The translations under genes were made by a program, and so were the position numbers. Shown one piece after another: positions 1 to 12,363 of a DNA stretch of 64,000 nucleotides (position 1 is the stretch's first letter; the number at the start of each line of letters is the position of its first letter). The DNA comes from Trichosphaerium sp. ATCC 40318 (taxonomy: Eukaryota; Protista; Tubulinea). The DNA lies in contig JALMLS010000573.1 in NCBI GenBank assembly GCA_038496445.1, positions 186,001-250,000 of the forward strand. Reading direction: 5' to 3'. The notes beneath the pieces were generated by a model. That model had not been told where the DNA came from, made no database searches, and saw nothing but the letters and a program-made list of their open reading frames with translations.

Positions 1-342
1 GTATGGGGTGGCATCTACTTTCCAATGTTCACCTATTTAAACAATATTACAAAGCCAGACGTGGGAGAATCGTGGATGACAAAGATAGGTTGCATGGCGT
101 GTTCGGCAGCAGTTGCAACAGCACTAGCTTCTGGAATTGATGCAGTAAGATTGCTACAAATGAGAGCTCCTAAAGAGGAGGGTCAATATATATCTTTGTG
201 GTCAGCTATAGAGAAAGCTAATAGACTATCTATGAGGAATCTAAGCTCAACATTAGTAGGTGTAGTTCGCGTTACTCAAACGACAGTATTGAGTCATGTA
301 ACATTTTTAAAATTGATGCAAGTGGAAACAAATCATTGGTGA
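1..342 (+). CDS. 3' part of a mitochondrial carrier family (SLC25-like) protein, truncated by the window start
   Basis: Frame is open from base 1: VWGGIYFPMFTYL...AVATALASGIDAVRLLQM resembles the carrier IYFPxY helix and a degenerate Px[DE]xx[KR] motif. Stop TGA at 340-342; AATAAA at ~401. Confidence 0.55.
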   Translation, partial: VWGGIYFPMFTYLNNITKPDVGESWMTKIGCMACSAAVATALASGIDAVRLLQMRAPKEEGQYISLWSAIEKANRLSMRNLSSTLVGVVRVTQTTVLSHVTFLKLMQVETNHW

Positions 343-957
343 TTACTCACGCCACAGAAAAGTGAGGTGTAAATATCCTACAGTAGTAGTACAATTTAAG
401 AATAAATAAACGAAATGCTGGTCACGTGACTCTCCCTAACATTAATTTAAAACATTGGCTCAGCTTGTGCTATTTCTAAACAACTTGTAACAACGTACTT
501 ACGATTCCTTTTTTCGGACAGAAGAGAACCGTAACAATATTCCGGTATTCGAATATAAAAGGAAACTGATTTTATTCTATAGCCACAAGCCTCAAAAATC
601 AAAAAACGACTTGTGTAAGTGTTGTAGGTTTAGGATAGGTGTATTTCAGTATTATTGCAGTTTTCTGAAGGTATTAATATTTTTTAGAGTTGTCTTGTAG
701 TTATTTATTCATCATTGGTATATTCTACGCGGTTTTAACAAATATAGAAAACGATACAGTGGTTTTTAACTCGAGAAATTGACAGCGAAATTCGAACTTG
801 AACTTCTTTAATCAAATCCACAAATTCTCACAGATTGCAACACTTCAGGGCAAGCCGTTTTACGCTGTACTGATAGGAATTCAAATACTGTTGTACAATT
901 ACTTCTAGACCCGTTCCACGTATTAAAGGCTTCAATCGCCTTGTAAGCCCTCAAAAA

Positions 958-1743
958 ATGGATACAGCTTTCGATAGTTCACAAAGACGACGAAGAAAGG
1001 TCAGGCGATCAGCCTCTGTTGGAGGCGTAGCTGCTTCACGTTCTACTACATCGTTTCAACGACGCCCTAGCATGCTTAGTGCACAAGGCCCAAGGAAAGT
1101 TCACTCTAAAAGTGTACGAGGAGCCAGGAACAGTAAACGTCTTCAACAAAGGCGGAAACCAAAGAAAAGGATAGCCAAGGAGTGTACAGAAGAGCAAAAG
1201 GAACATATCAAAGCAGCTGTGCGATTAAACCGGAAAACGGTTCAGCGTACATTTTTTACACGTCCTAATAACTCAACACGCGACCCTCATAACATTGTGA
1301 TGGATGCTATAGCTGCGGCTGAAATTAGAATAGATGTTATGGCGAGATCGATCACAGACTTCGCAATAGCGCTAGCTCTTAATGATAGAAGAGATATACC
1401 TATACGCATTCTAGTGGATAAGACAAACTTGTGTAACAACGAGTACTTACGCCGTTGCATGAATTTAATCGCAAAACGTAACAAACGCGTCTCTTTCAAA
1501 CAATGGCCTCCTGATGACGCAGATAAAAACATACAACTACGCATGAAAGCCATGATTATTGACAGATACTGTGTACTCTCTGGGACGTACAGTTACTCCA
1601 TAGCAGCCAAACGCCAACACAGTGAAAATCTAGATGTCACTGTTGACCCCAGAACAGTTAAGAGTTGGAAAACAATGTTCGAAACACACTGGAAAGAAGG
1701 CGCTCCGTTCATTGTGACCGATGAAAGAACCAAAGCAGAGTAA
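958..1743 (+). CDS. Intronless single-domain phospholipase D superfamily protein (PLD6/Zucchini/Nuc-like) with degenerate HKD motif and basic N-terminus
   Basis: IDVMARSITD..IALAL..IRILVD, then LRMKAMIIDRYCVLSGTYSYS...SENL, matching HxKxxxxD-x6-GSxN...EN with H>R and N>S. N-terminal ~75 aa are R/K/S-rich. Confidence 0.8.
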   Translation: MDTAFDSSQRRRRKVRRSASVGGVAASRSTTSFQRRPSMLSAQGPRKVHSKSVRGARNSKRLQQRRKPKKRIAKECTEEQKEHIKAAVRLNRKTVQRTFFTRPNNSTRDPHNIVMDAIAAAEIRIDVMARSITDFAIALALNDRRDIPIRILVDKTNLCNNEYLRRCMNLIAKRNKRVSFKQWPPDDADKNIQLRMKAMIIDRYCVLSGTYSYSIAAKRQHSENLDVTVDPRTVKSWKTMFETHWKEGAPFIVTDERTKAE

Positions 1744-1877
1744 AAGTGCAAAAAGGGAAAAACGCACTCTAACGATTTTACAAGTACACTTCAACCGAGT
1801 TCACGCGTCTATAAACGCTATAGAAATAAAGTAATGTTTAAAAAACTGCCTGAAAACTTTTTCTGAAAAACAAGGCC

Positions 1878-4212
1878 ATGCTTCAACAACCTACACAAAT
1901 AGTATGTACAGTTTCATCGCCAATTTCGACTAAGTGAGATAAAAAATGTTGCTGGTATTCAGTGATGTTACGAAAACGGTTTTTGACTAGAAATGACTTT
2001 TAGTATGCACAAATCAAAGCACGTCTTCAATTTACTTTACGCAAACTATATAGACCATCTACCCAAAGTGCTAAAGCATATATTGGAGTGTATTACGAGT
2101 AACAGGAGGTAGTGTAGCAAAGGTGCTAACAGTATCTGATTGCATAGTACGAGATAGAATTAACGAAAAAAATGAGATAAACGGCAAAGACTAACATTGA
2201 ACTATTTTGATAAATGTTAACCGTCTGAAATCAACGACGCTACCACGTAGAGTATGGTATGCGATTTGTTCGCGCTCAGACTCGGATACCTCGTATAACA
2301 GTCCTGTGTTGATAAACGTTAATTATGTGTAGATCACCCTGAATTATCGAGTCTAGAGCATCAAAAAAGGGTATTAGACCGAGCCACGGTATTGTTAAAC
2401 GTGAGAAGTACTAAGGACTGGTACAACGTAAAAAATGAGGTCCTTAAGCGGGCTGGTGGCGCAGAGGCTCTTTTAAAGTAACATAACAGTTTTTATACAT
2501 AATTCGTAGCTAAAACAGCGTAGAAATAACAATTCGTTATCTAAGACGCTTAATTATGTATATCCTGAGCTTTCTATTGATACTAGATCTTTCAGGTGCG
2601 TAAACCGGTCTAATCGTAAAAACAATCATTTCAAACGCCTTACTAACTTCCTAAAATCTCTAGTAAAGTCCCACAAAACTTTTGGATGAGCGTAGAGAAC
2701 CAAAGGAAGAAATTTGAAGATATTTCGATTCTACTGAATTTGAAGACACTCTGTGATTGGTATACTGTATCTGCACAACAAGTGATGTGTCATGGAGCAT
2801 CTGAAATCATGCACAAGTAAGTAACAGCGCTTTAGTACTCATTACAACCCAAACAAAAAAGAACAAAAAAACACGTGTCAGAATGACATCTTGCGTGTTT
2901 TTGCTAACTTCTTATTAGGTATGGCGACTGTATTTCAGAAGCTGTTGCTAAAATATTTCCTGAGTATAACTGGGAGCCTTGGCAGTTCAAGTACGATAAC
3001 AGTTTCCAACGCAAAGTGTTTTTTGTTCGCACTCTTATTTGAAACTGCTCATTGCTCTCTGAGCTGAACAGTTTCTATGTGATGAGTACTAATATTATTA
3101 AGGTATATCCCTAGAAACTTCTGGGGTAAATGTGAAAACGTCAGAGAATGTTTTAATAGTGCCAGTAAAGAGCTTGACATTAAAATTTTAAGCGATTGGT
3201 ATAAAATATCAAAGCAACAAGTAAATGAAGTCTTAGGTGCTGGTATCCTTTCTCAGTACGCTTTTTTTAAAAGTTCATATATACTCTTATTTACTTTGTA
3301 TTAGTTATGGAGACTCACTGTGTAATGCGCTTTGTCACGTGTTTCCAAACCAAAAATGGCAAAAAGAAAAATTCATGTATTCCATTTTGTTCTTTTAAAT
3401 CCATGTACTTACTGACTTTGAAAAAGGTCGTCTACCGGATACTGGGATCGCCCTGACAACCAAAGAGCATTCTTCGATGATCTTGGTAGAAGTGTTGGTA
3501 TTAGTTCTTTATACGACTGGGTTAACGTACAAAAGAAGCATTTGGAAAAAGCTTCTTTTATTCTAAGAAGGTACGAACTTTTCTTTATTTACACCTTTCT
3601 CTTTGATTTCTACAATGGTATTTCATATAGTCTATACTACCACTTTAAACTTGTGATAGTTTACAACTATTTTTGTAATTAATCACAACGTCCACACAAG
3701 GAGTTTGTTAATTGTTTTTCTTTTATTGTATTTTTTTTTTGTTTTGACCTTGTCTGAAGATACTCGTTTTCTCTATCCAACGCATTATATTCAATGTATC
3801 CAGAACATATGTGGGATATGAGTCAGTTTAGGTAAGATCTAGTATTATACTTAAAAACCTTACTGGGAGACAGAAAAGTGCCAACTCAATATTGGGAAGA
3901 TGAAGTAAATATTATACGTTCATTGAAACGTATTGAAGCTACTCTTAATGTATCACAACCTGAAGGATGGTACAATATATCTCAAAATCAAATGGCAAAT
4001 CTAGGTGCTAAAGGATTGCTTCGATATTTCCCAAGAGCCCTTCAAGCTGTACACCCAGATTACAACTGGAACTTTGACGTTTTTAGAAAACGAAACAAAA
4101 ACTCACAGCAAAGGTAATCAAATTACTCGTAGCTACTTTGTTAATTTTTATTTTATTTAGGTGGTTATCTCATGGCGTTAAAGGCTTGTTTGTAGTTCCA
4201 CGCCTAATGTAA
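1878..4212 (+). CDS. Multi-exon protein with ~5 tandem ~75-aa Trp-rich repeats (FW..xNQR..F......L.I....DWY.V...YPEY.W...F); start uncertain
   Basis: Spliced units include VPQNFWMSVENQRKKFEDISILLNLKTLCDWYTVS, IPRNFWGKCENVRECF...SDWYKIS, LPGYWDRPDNQRAFFDDLG...YDWVNV and VPTQYWEDEVNII...EGWYNIS...HPDYNWNF. Introns fall at repeated positions. Stop TAA at 4210-4212. Confidence 0.7.
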
Positions 4213-4822
4213 AAAATGTATTAAAATGTAATTTTCACTCACTGTTTTTGCCTGTTTGTTCGAATTCTCGCCGGGTGAGGTCAAGTATACAGAATATATG
4301 GACAAATGCTAATTCCACCTGCAAGATTAAAGCAAATCCACAGAAATTGAACATCTTTACCTGAAAACTTGCTTTAGAAACATAAGTTTGAACTTTGCTA
4401 ATTTGGTGCACCAATACCTGCCAAAGGTAGTCGTCAACGAAGGCAAACAGCGCTAGCTGTTAGGTTAGATTCGTTATATATTGATTCTTGTATAGAGTTG
4501 TTAGGTCCACATTAGGTATTTTTTTTCTATGGACTTCTTTTAAGGACGGTGCGAACCAAGTGACAACCTAACCTGAATCCTTTTGTGCAACAATTTTCTG
4601 TAACAATGAAGTTTTGTAGTTTGCTCCAATATTGATTAGTCATGATGGTTTATTTTCATCAAACAACTAAAAATGTGCTGCGCAGCAACAATACTACATG
4701 CTATAACTTGTTTTGCGATAAAAATAACAAAACATATCTTTTTCGCTGAAAATAAAAAACCCTCACAAATTGTTGCACAAAAATCAACGAAATTCAATAT
4801 TTAATTGCAAACAACTACAATA

Positions 4823-5572
4823 ATGACTACATCACGTACTAGAGAGTATAAAATAGTTGTTCTTGGAGATGCTGGTGTTGGTAAATCAGCTCTAACCGGT
4901 AGAGTTCGTTAAAACAATTGTATATCGTTTTTACTCATTAAAAACACTCTAGTTCGTACATGGTATCTTCACAGGGAACTATGATCCAACTGTAGAGGAT
5001 GAATATAAAAAAACAGTTGAATTCGAAGACGAGATGTACAGACTAAGTAAGCGACGCGCTGCGCTGCCTTTTTTATATTCGGAAAACGTTTTTATTGTTT
5101 GCTATAAAACTAACTTTACGCGTAGCAATACTTGATACGGCTGGTACAGAGCAGTTCTCAGCAATGAGAGATATATACATGCAAAGCGGAAATGGTTTTC
5201 TACTTGTTTATTCAACAATCGCTAAATCGACTGTATTTACTATAACTCAGATATACGAGCATATTAAACTCGTCAGAGAAAACGAAGATGTACGTACAAC
5301 AAACTTTAAGCTAAATTGGACTAAAACTTCGCTATTAGCTTGCTATTGTATTAGCTGGTAACAAAATCGATCTCTCTGATCAGCGTTCAGTAACTACGGA
5401 AGCAGGAGAAGCGCTTGCAGCTAAGATGAACGCTGTTTTTCTTGAAACATCAGCAAAGACGCAAATAAACATTACAGAAGCTTTTCAAGAGCTCATGTCA
5501 GGAATGAGAGATAGAGATATTGCTAAACCAACAGTAACTGACCAACATAAGAGATGGTGTTTGCTCCTGTAA
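4823..5572 (+). CDS. Rap-like Ras-family small GTPase, 4 exons
   Basis: REYKIVVLGDAGVGKSALT, YDPTVEDEY, DTAGTEQFSAMRDIYM (Rap-type T61), GNKIDL, ETSAK, and C-terminal CLLL CaaX. Confidence 0.93.
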
Positions 5573-5964
5573 ATAAAAACTGTTTAGTCTGTTTTAGTGT
5601 TCTTATTCTTTTCTTATTTATTCAACACTTACGTGATCCTAGCTAAGATGATGTCAGCATTACGCCTGCATACAATGTATTCCCATCACTGACAAAGGTA
5701 AAAATGGTGCTTGTTAGATTAGAGTGCCTTGCAGATAGCAAATACTAAATACAACTATGTTGAAAACAATTGATTCTTCTTCATTTCCAGCTTCTAGTAC
5801 ATGAAAGTGAAGGACGTATGAAGACCACCGTTTCCATTTCAATCTGGTATCTTTCTTCGGATAAAACCCTTTGCGAAATAAACGGAACATTTTATCACGT
5901 GCTTTATTCACAACATTGAATAAAAACCTCAAAAGAGATTCTTCAGTGTCGAAGACTCAAAATA

Positions 5965-6881
5965 ATGGTACCTCAACTACAACGAAGGTAATTGTACTTA
6001 GCAAACACCACAGGCGTCACCCTGTACTAAGCCGACAAACCTTACAATCCAACGCTTGACGATTGATTTTATTGATAAGACTGTCAATACGGTTCTTGAG
6101 GTTTTCACTACCTCAAACACGGTTGTGAAAGCACTGGGACTCAATTCAGATGAAATGAGACCTTATTTCGCTAGTGTCGTTCAAAAAGCTTCAAAATACC
6201 CATCAGTACGTTATCGCTGTTGTGTCCACGCTATGAAATGTATTCAGATAAGTTTTAAGCTTAACCTGCCGTGTCTTGTTGTAAGAGGTTCTGAGACTCA
6301 TCAATTTTACTAAGGTCATTGCTCTGGATGGCACTGATGTTGTTGGGTTTGACCTATGCTTCGACTATAGAGTTAAAGATAAAGACACTATCCAAATAAA
6401 AGATCTCTCGCCTAAAATGCAGATTTGGAAGCTGTTCTATTCTCAGTGTGAGGCTAAAGCTCTCCCTGCTTTTAACCTCAAGAACCTACCAGAAGAAGAA
6501 GGCTATATAATACGTTCAGCAGGAGCCGGATTAAAGAAGGCGTACACCGGACAAGGACATTTAGCAGCAATGGTATTGATACTTAATTTCAAAGCAATTT
6601 GATTTGTGGATTCTACTTATCTTCCTAAGGTTGTTAAGTTTGTTGAGGGTTTATTGGACGCAGGGTATAGATGCGTATATGCCATAGCTACCCATCACGT
6701 GGTTCACAGGAATATTTCTAGAAGTGACATTCTTCACGAACAACACTTTGATTTGTTCACGTGCAAAGATGGGACAAAGCCTTTGTCAAAGATAATAATT
6801 CCACCAAGTGCTCTCGTGTATGTGTCAGAGTTGTCACATGCGCTATTGAGAGGGTTAGTCAATAATCGCGCCAAATTGTAG
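5965..6881 (+). CDS. GNAT-fold (insect AANAT-like) acetyltransferase paralogue 1 with C-terminal PTS1 (-AKL)
   Basis: ATG-only exon 1, then ASPCTKP...VIALDGTDVVGF...AGLKKAYTGQGHL (acetyl-CoA motif A)...GYRCVYAIATH...RAKL*. A clear paralogue lies at 26899-27864. Confidence 0.65.
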
Positions 6882-6980
6882 TCTTTCAATGAAAGTCGCT
6901 GTAAGCTTTTTCAATACACTCTAGCAGTTAACACCAGTCTATCTAAAATATAGCTTAAATAAGGGAATAGCCAGCCTGAC

Positions 6981-9113
6981 ATGGATGTAATTGGAAATGC
7001 GCCTAAGCAAGCCAAAGCAATCTTACGAGCGTCTGGTATGCCATTTAACGGTTTAAACTCCAACTACAATGTCGTTTAAACGTCAGATGGTTATTTAATG
7101 TTTATTAGATAATACAGGATCCAAACCTACTCTAATAAGAATTCTTTGGCACAAACCAGTTCTTAAACACTTTCTTGAGCACTGTTCATTCGAAGAAGTA
7201 TCTACATTGACTTTATCGTCTAAAACCTTACGGCAGACATTATTCAAAGGGTTTGTAACGAAAATACTTAAAAATAGATTCCGTGGAGTCGAAAAATCAA
7301 AAGAACAAGGGAAGATTTTGGCGTCTGTAAATGATTGTTTTGATGATGAAAATCTAGTGGACTATCAACGATGGATATTGATTGGTATACGAGGCATTGC
7401 GAGGAGAGCTGGTATAACACATACAGGAGAAGGGTTTTACACTATCGCCGAAAACACGTGTTACCTTATAATTAGACGGTACACCCTTTTTTTTTCTCTT
7501 TTTTTTCTTCTTACGGGTAGGTGTTGATTAAACTGCTAGGATATTGCTTGAAGCGTCAGTTATCATTGGTAATGCATCAGATAGTTTCAAGGTTATTGGA
7601 TACGATGGTATAAGAATAGCAGTCGAAGAGCTTAGGAACGAAAGCATGTATGAGTGCTTGAGGTACTTCAGGTTTATTTTTTTATGGAATCCTTTAGCTA
7701 AAAATAAAACTACAGCGCAGACCTTGACGCTATCCCTCAAACTTGTGATGTACCTTTGGAGGTTGACGATAATTCTAAGGCATTTTTAAGAGTAGCTGAA
7801 TTTGAGCTGCCACCACCTGCGATAATTGTTACGTCTTCAGAACATAGAGTAAGAGAAGTCTTTGCAGCGAAGGTATATTTTATTTTCTAAAACCTGTTGA
7901 AGCGAATGCAATGTTTTTACAATTTTTTAGGCAGCAAGGAGGCCTTACTTTCAGCCTATGGCGTTATTATGCTTATTGAAAGAAGAGGGATACCATATCA
8001 CATTAAAAGCATTTCTTAGTATTGATAAGCACATACATGATTGCATGTTATCTTTGCTTACAATGGTTAAAAAAATCTCGCTTACGAACGATTCAGCTAT
8101 TGTCACATCTCAAAATTTTGAGTTTGTTCGGGACTTTGTTCACAAGATTGAGGTAAATGGAGGCATTTCTTGCACTAGTGACCATCAACAAAACGCACAA
8201 GAGCAAGCGAAAGCGTATCAAATTGAGTACGCACCTGTTCTTCTTGTAACTTTGTTTTTTGATTTTTTTTAGAGTTGATTTGGATAGTATTATGACGAGA
8301 GAGTTACCTTGTATCATAAGAGATGGAACAATGTCTTTTTGTGATGTCACGTTTATTATAGTTGATAAAGATGTACCAGTATTCAAAGTAAAATCATCAA
8401 AATATGCCGTTTGCGCTAATAACAAGTGCGTACAAGTAAAACCTTTTTTTTTTGCTCTTTTTTTTTTGAACTTACTTTTTGTTTTTTTTCAAAAGGTACT
8501 TTATGAATCAGTTCACAGGTGGTTTCAAACAATCAGATGTCATACCATATATCCTAGTTCAAGATGAAACACCTGAGTCTGCTTTTTATTTCTTGAATAT
8601 TATGACAAGTATGAACCATATAGCAGAGGTAAATACTCTCAAAGAGAAGAAACTACCTTATAAAACACTTAAAGGTATTGTTGTTAAGCTCGGAAAGGTA
8701 CTTCATAACCTACCCTTTAATGAAACTAGAAATGTACTAATAGTATACTCTCTTAGGTATTGGCTGAGGATCTTCAGAGTTATGTATTTTGGACGTTAGT
8801 TATTGAATGTGATATTGAGCTATTTGATTTGCTGGAAGATGCTAATAGTTTATTGAAAAAACCAAGTTTTGATAAATGTGGTGAATTGTTTACATTAGTA
8901 TCAAAGAATTACTTGAAAGGAAATGGGTTCATGTATTATCTTTTCCAGAATAAGAAAAGAATAAGGATTCCTGAAGCATTGTTGCTTATATTTATTCAAA
9001 AATGTGAAGAAATCAATTCTTTTTTTACGTCAAAAGCAGATCTATGGATACTCGCAAGTACGCCTTTTAAAAATAATCCAGCAAAATTATTTTATTATGT
9101 AGCGGTCACATAA
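6981..9113 (+). CDS. Multi-exon protein with H4-like and H3-like histone folds followed by a BTB/POZ domain
   Basis: IRGIARRAGITHTGEGFY...SFKVIGYDGIRIAVEEL aligns to H4. RVREVFAAKAARRPYFQPMALLCLLKE...VTSQNFEFVRDF aligns to H3. FCDVTFIIV...YFMNQFTGGFKQS...DETPESAFYFL is BTB-like. GT-AG junctions keep the frame; the 3' end is uncertain. Confidence 0.7.
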
Positions 9114-9354
9114 CTATGTACCAAAAGGACTAACAACGAATTAGAATTATAAATTTACTTCCAAGTTCGCTTTGATTTCATTCAAAAAAAACATGTTTCT
9201 ACTTTAAATACAACTTTGTACTCGCTTAACCAATGCTTCGTACAACTTTATGTTACTTGTAATAGTAAAACCTGTATAGTTGTAACATTGGCTAAGCGAC
9301 TACAACAGTGCCAATATCATAAACAACTATTAAACTAATGTTTTTTGAATAAAG

Positions 9355-10178
9355 GAATGGGGTCACATTTTCGTATAGCTGATGAATTAGCTAAAGAGTT
9401 ACCACCTACATTTGCATCGTATCTTTACCTTTGTAAAGATAAACCAAAAGTACTATGGTGGCATGATTTCTTGGGTTCTATCGTAACTTCGAAGGATCTT
9501 AACAAGAACGCAAAAAGCTTCCAACAGGCTTGCACTGATACAAAACCAACAAGGCACATGAATACCTTATATTTACAATAACTCAACGTTTTTGTCAGGT
9601 GGGTCACACTAGGGTCAAGGAAAGTTACTTTTGATTCTTCTAAAAAGTATTCTTTAATCGCAGGAGGGTTTCTTTGGTACTTAAAATACCTTTAGTCATC
9701 AAGTTCATTCGACTTTTATCATTGTTTGCTACTTTTGATTTTTTTTGAGTTGTCAGGTTTGTAAAGTTCTACAGATAACTGTTATATCTACCTCATATAC
9801 TAAATAAGAACAGCAACACCAGTGATAAAAGTTGAATGAACTTGAAGGATCCACAGTCCTTGATGAGTTTTTTAAAATCAAAGGATTGTTTTATTTTGTT
9901 AACATTTTGTCTTTGTTGGTAGGTCTTGTACAAAAGAAGGAGATCATTGTGTTATGGCACTTGAAAAGGGTATTTGTAATATACTACATATGGGTTACAA
10001 AGGCATAATAACACCACATCGTACTGGACTTGCTAGAAGCCAAAAACTACGTGTTGAGAATATCAGAGGTAGATGTGTTGTACAAATGAGGCTTCCAATG
10101 AAAAAAGCAACACAGTTTACTTTTGAGATAATGGGTTGTGTTCCAACAAAAGGAACAGTAAACCGTGTTGTATTGTAA
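9355..10178 (+). pseudogene. Exon-like fragments of an unidentified gene, possibly disrupted
   Basis: Open segments (GSHFRIADELAK...; GDHCVMALEKG...VVL*) are bounded by splice-like sites. The middle exon has stops in all frames. Confidence 0.3.
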
Positions 10179-12153
10179 AAAAGAAGGACGTTATGTACCA
10201 ACAAGAAGATAATAAATACACGAACTATCTTTTATTGTTTTGTTTTCATAGAAAATAGAGAGTGCTTCGGGGTTACCAGTTTGGATTCATTATTTTATTT
10301 ACCATCAACCCACTTGTGCCATTGACTTGAGTGGCTTGTCATGAGATGGGTAGATGCCAGGCAAATAGTGCAAGGTTCAAGACTGCCATGGAATTGTAAG
10401 GAAGTCATCAATGAATGGAATATGCACCTGTCACAGGTTTAATTGCGCTCAAGAGCAACACACATGTATGTGGATAGGCAACAACAACTTGTTTAATGAT
10501 CGTATCAACGCACTCTGTTTTTAGCAAATAGAGTCTTTCTGTTTTTGTTTTTCATCTGAACAAAAACTTGCTAGCAAGTTCATTTGTATTCTCCATTTCG
10601 TTTACCAACACCAGCCAACATCTTAACAACCTCATCTGTTATTGATTTGGTCCGTAAACCCGATAGTAAGTACACCTCACTACGTGCAAGTTACCTCAAA
10701 GTTGTCGTCTAATTATTGTATGTACTAAGATTAACCTTTCGTATTCTTCATATGGGCCTGCCAGAAAGTGGTCTTATATCATAAGCCCTGTTAACATTGA
10801 CTTAGTGTATCCAACGTGTTTGTGAACAATATTTCGCAAAAGAGAGCATGGTTGGGCTGTACGAGCGTGTAGTCATAAGCAGAATTTAACCAACAATACT
10901 TTCAGTATTTTTTCTTATGGAGTTACCCGTTCGCCACCACGTGGCTACAAAGGTCATCCACCACTTTTCAGAAAATATAAGACTAAAAAATGAGCTGCGC
11001 TCTACATAATGTACAAAGCCAAATTCGAAAATGAATTCGCGAAAAATAGTTTCAAATTTGAGCTACCCAAACTTTGGTATTGTACGTTTTGTTAAGCACC
11101 TTTAAACGTATGTTGTCGGTTATAAACGTTTTCAAGTGTGTAGTACTACTAACGAACCACTTTTCAAAACACACCAGGAAGCTGATGTCAACAGAAAATG
11201 TGGTTTAAAAACAACAATGGTTTGTACTATTTCTCCGCGTATTAGTATGTTATGGAAGCTGGTTTGTTACTTCTGTCTGTCTTTCGATATGTCTGATACC
11301 CATAGCGTAGAAATAACCGGCAATGGTAAAGAAAAAAGGCTATCGCTTCTTTTTGAAGATTGTTTTGTCTTCTTACCTGGCTATTGACAAATTTCGTTCT
11401 GTACAATATGTTCATACTCGTAACTATGTTTTAGTATGTCGGTAGCAAGACCACTCTTCATTGAACATTAAAATGTGCATCATTCAACGCGTAAATCTTT
11501 TGTGAGTCGAAAAGACTGTAGTTGTTTGAAACTCTTTGTGTTTAGTTTCGTGATCTTGTTGTAGACAAAAAAAAGTTTGTTCACATGGTTTAAAGCGAAG
11601 CTGAACATAAAATCCAGATTGCCCCATTGTGAAGCCCAAAGCTCTCCGCATCGTTTTTACAGGGTCATTTTAGAAACCAGTTTGCGTATAAATGCTAACA
11701 AACACTTTTAAGGGGTTCTTATTACAGTACACAACTTTTTTGCTTATCAGAAGATAAACCGTGCTGTTGTAATTTTGAATTACTCAAAGGGTAAAACCCA
11801 TTTGCGCCATTTATCATGCATGAACCATGTCATGTTAACCAAATAAAGGTACCCACAATATAGTAGTTTGGTGTTTAAGAATTCACGACACCCAACCTGT
11901 ACTAGCGCTAGTTGTTTTTATTTTAAAAACTTTCGAGTGAACAGTAAACAAGAAACAATTTGATACCTTTCTTTGTAACTCCATACGTCTATAGGGCTTT
12001 AACAGGACCTATGTCACAGTAACCTTTTGTAACAGAAAGAATACTTCGGGTGGTACCCAAACACACCCAACAATGAGTTACACAACAACGCAAGAAGCAA
12101 TGTGATTTTATCACAATCCAAAACAGAAAGCATTAAGTTTAAACTACAACAAG

Positions 12154-12363
12154 ATGCGTACCTCAACAATTCTTATCTTCTTTACACTAGCTATTCTATT
12201 CTTGGGAGTAGTTTCAGACGATTGTGAGGTCGCTTCTCTTCCACAACAATCTTGCGAGGACTGCGACACAAAAATCCTTAAGTACAGATGCTGTATTCGC
12301 TATTTTCCATGCAATAACGGGTGTTCTGACTTCTTGGCGTGTATGAGCAAAGCTCCTTACTAA
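12154..12363 (+). CDS. Small secreted cysteine-rich peptide (69 aa, 8 Cys)
   Basis: Hydrophobic signal peptide MRTSTILIFFTLAILFLGVVS. Mature part has the pattern C-x9-C-x2-C-x8-CC-x5-C-x3-C-x5-C. A-rich start context and AATAAA at ~12403. Confidence 0.75.
   Translation: MRTSTILIFFTLAILFLGVVSDDCEVASLPQQSCEDCDTKILKYRCCIRYFPCNNGCSDFLACMSKAPY

Noticed and set aside
421-430. GTCACGTGAC and other CACGTG boxes as promoter elements
   Set aside because: CACGTG also occurs in exons, introns and TEs throughout the window. Enrichment cannot be shown without counting.
1287-1553. Antisense and overlapping short ORFs in the ORF track, here and within the LINEs
   Set aside because: They are shadows of real genes on the other strand or frame, or intron read-through.
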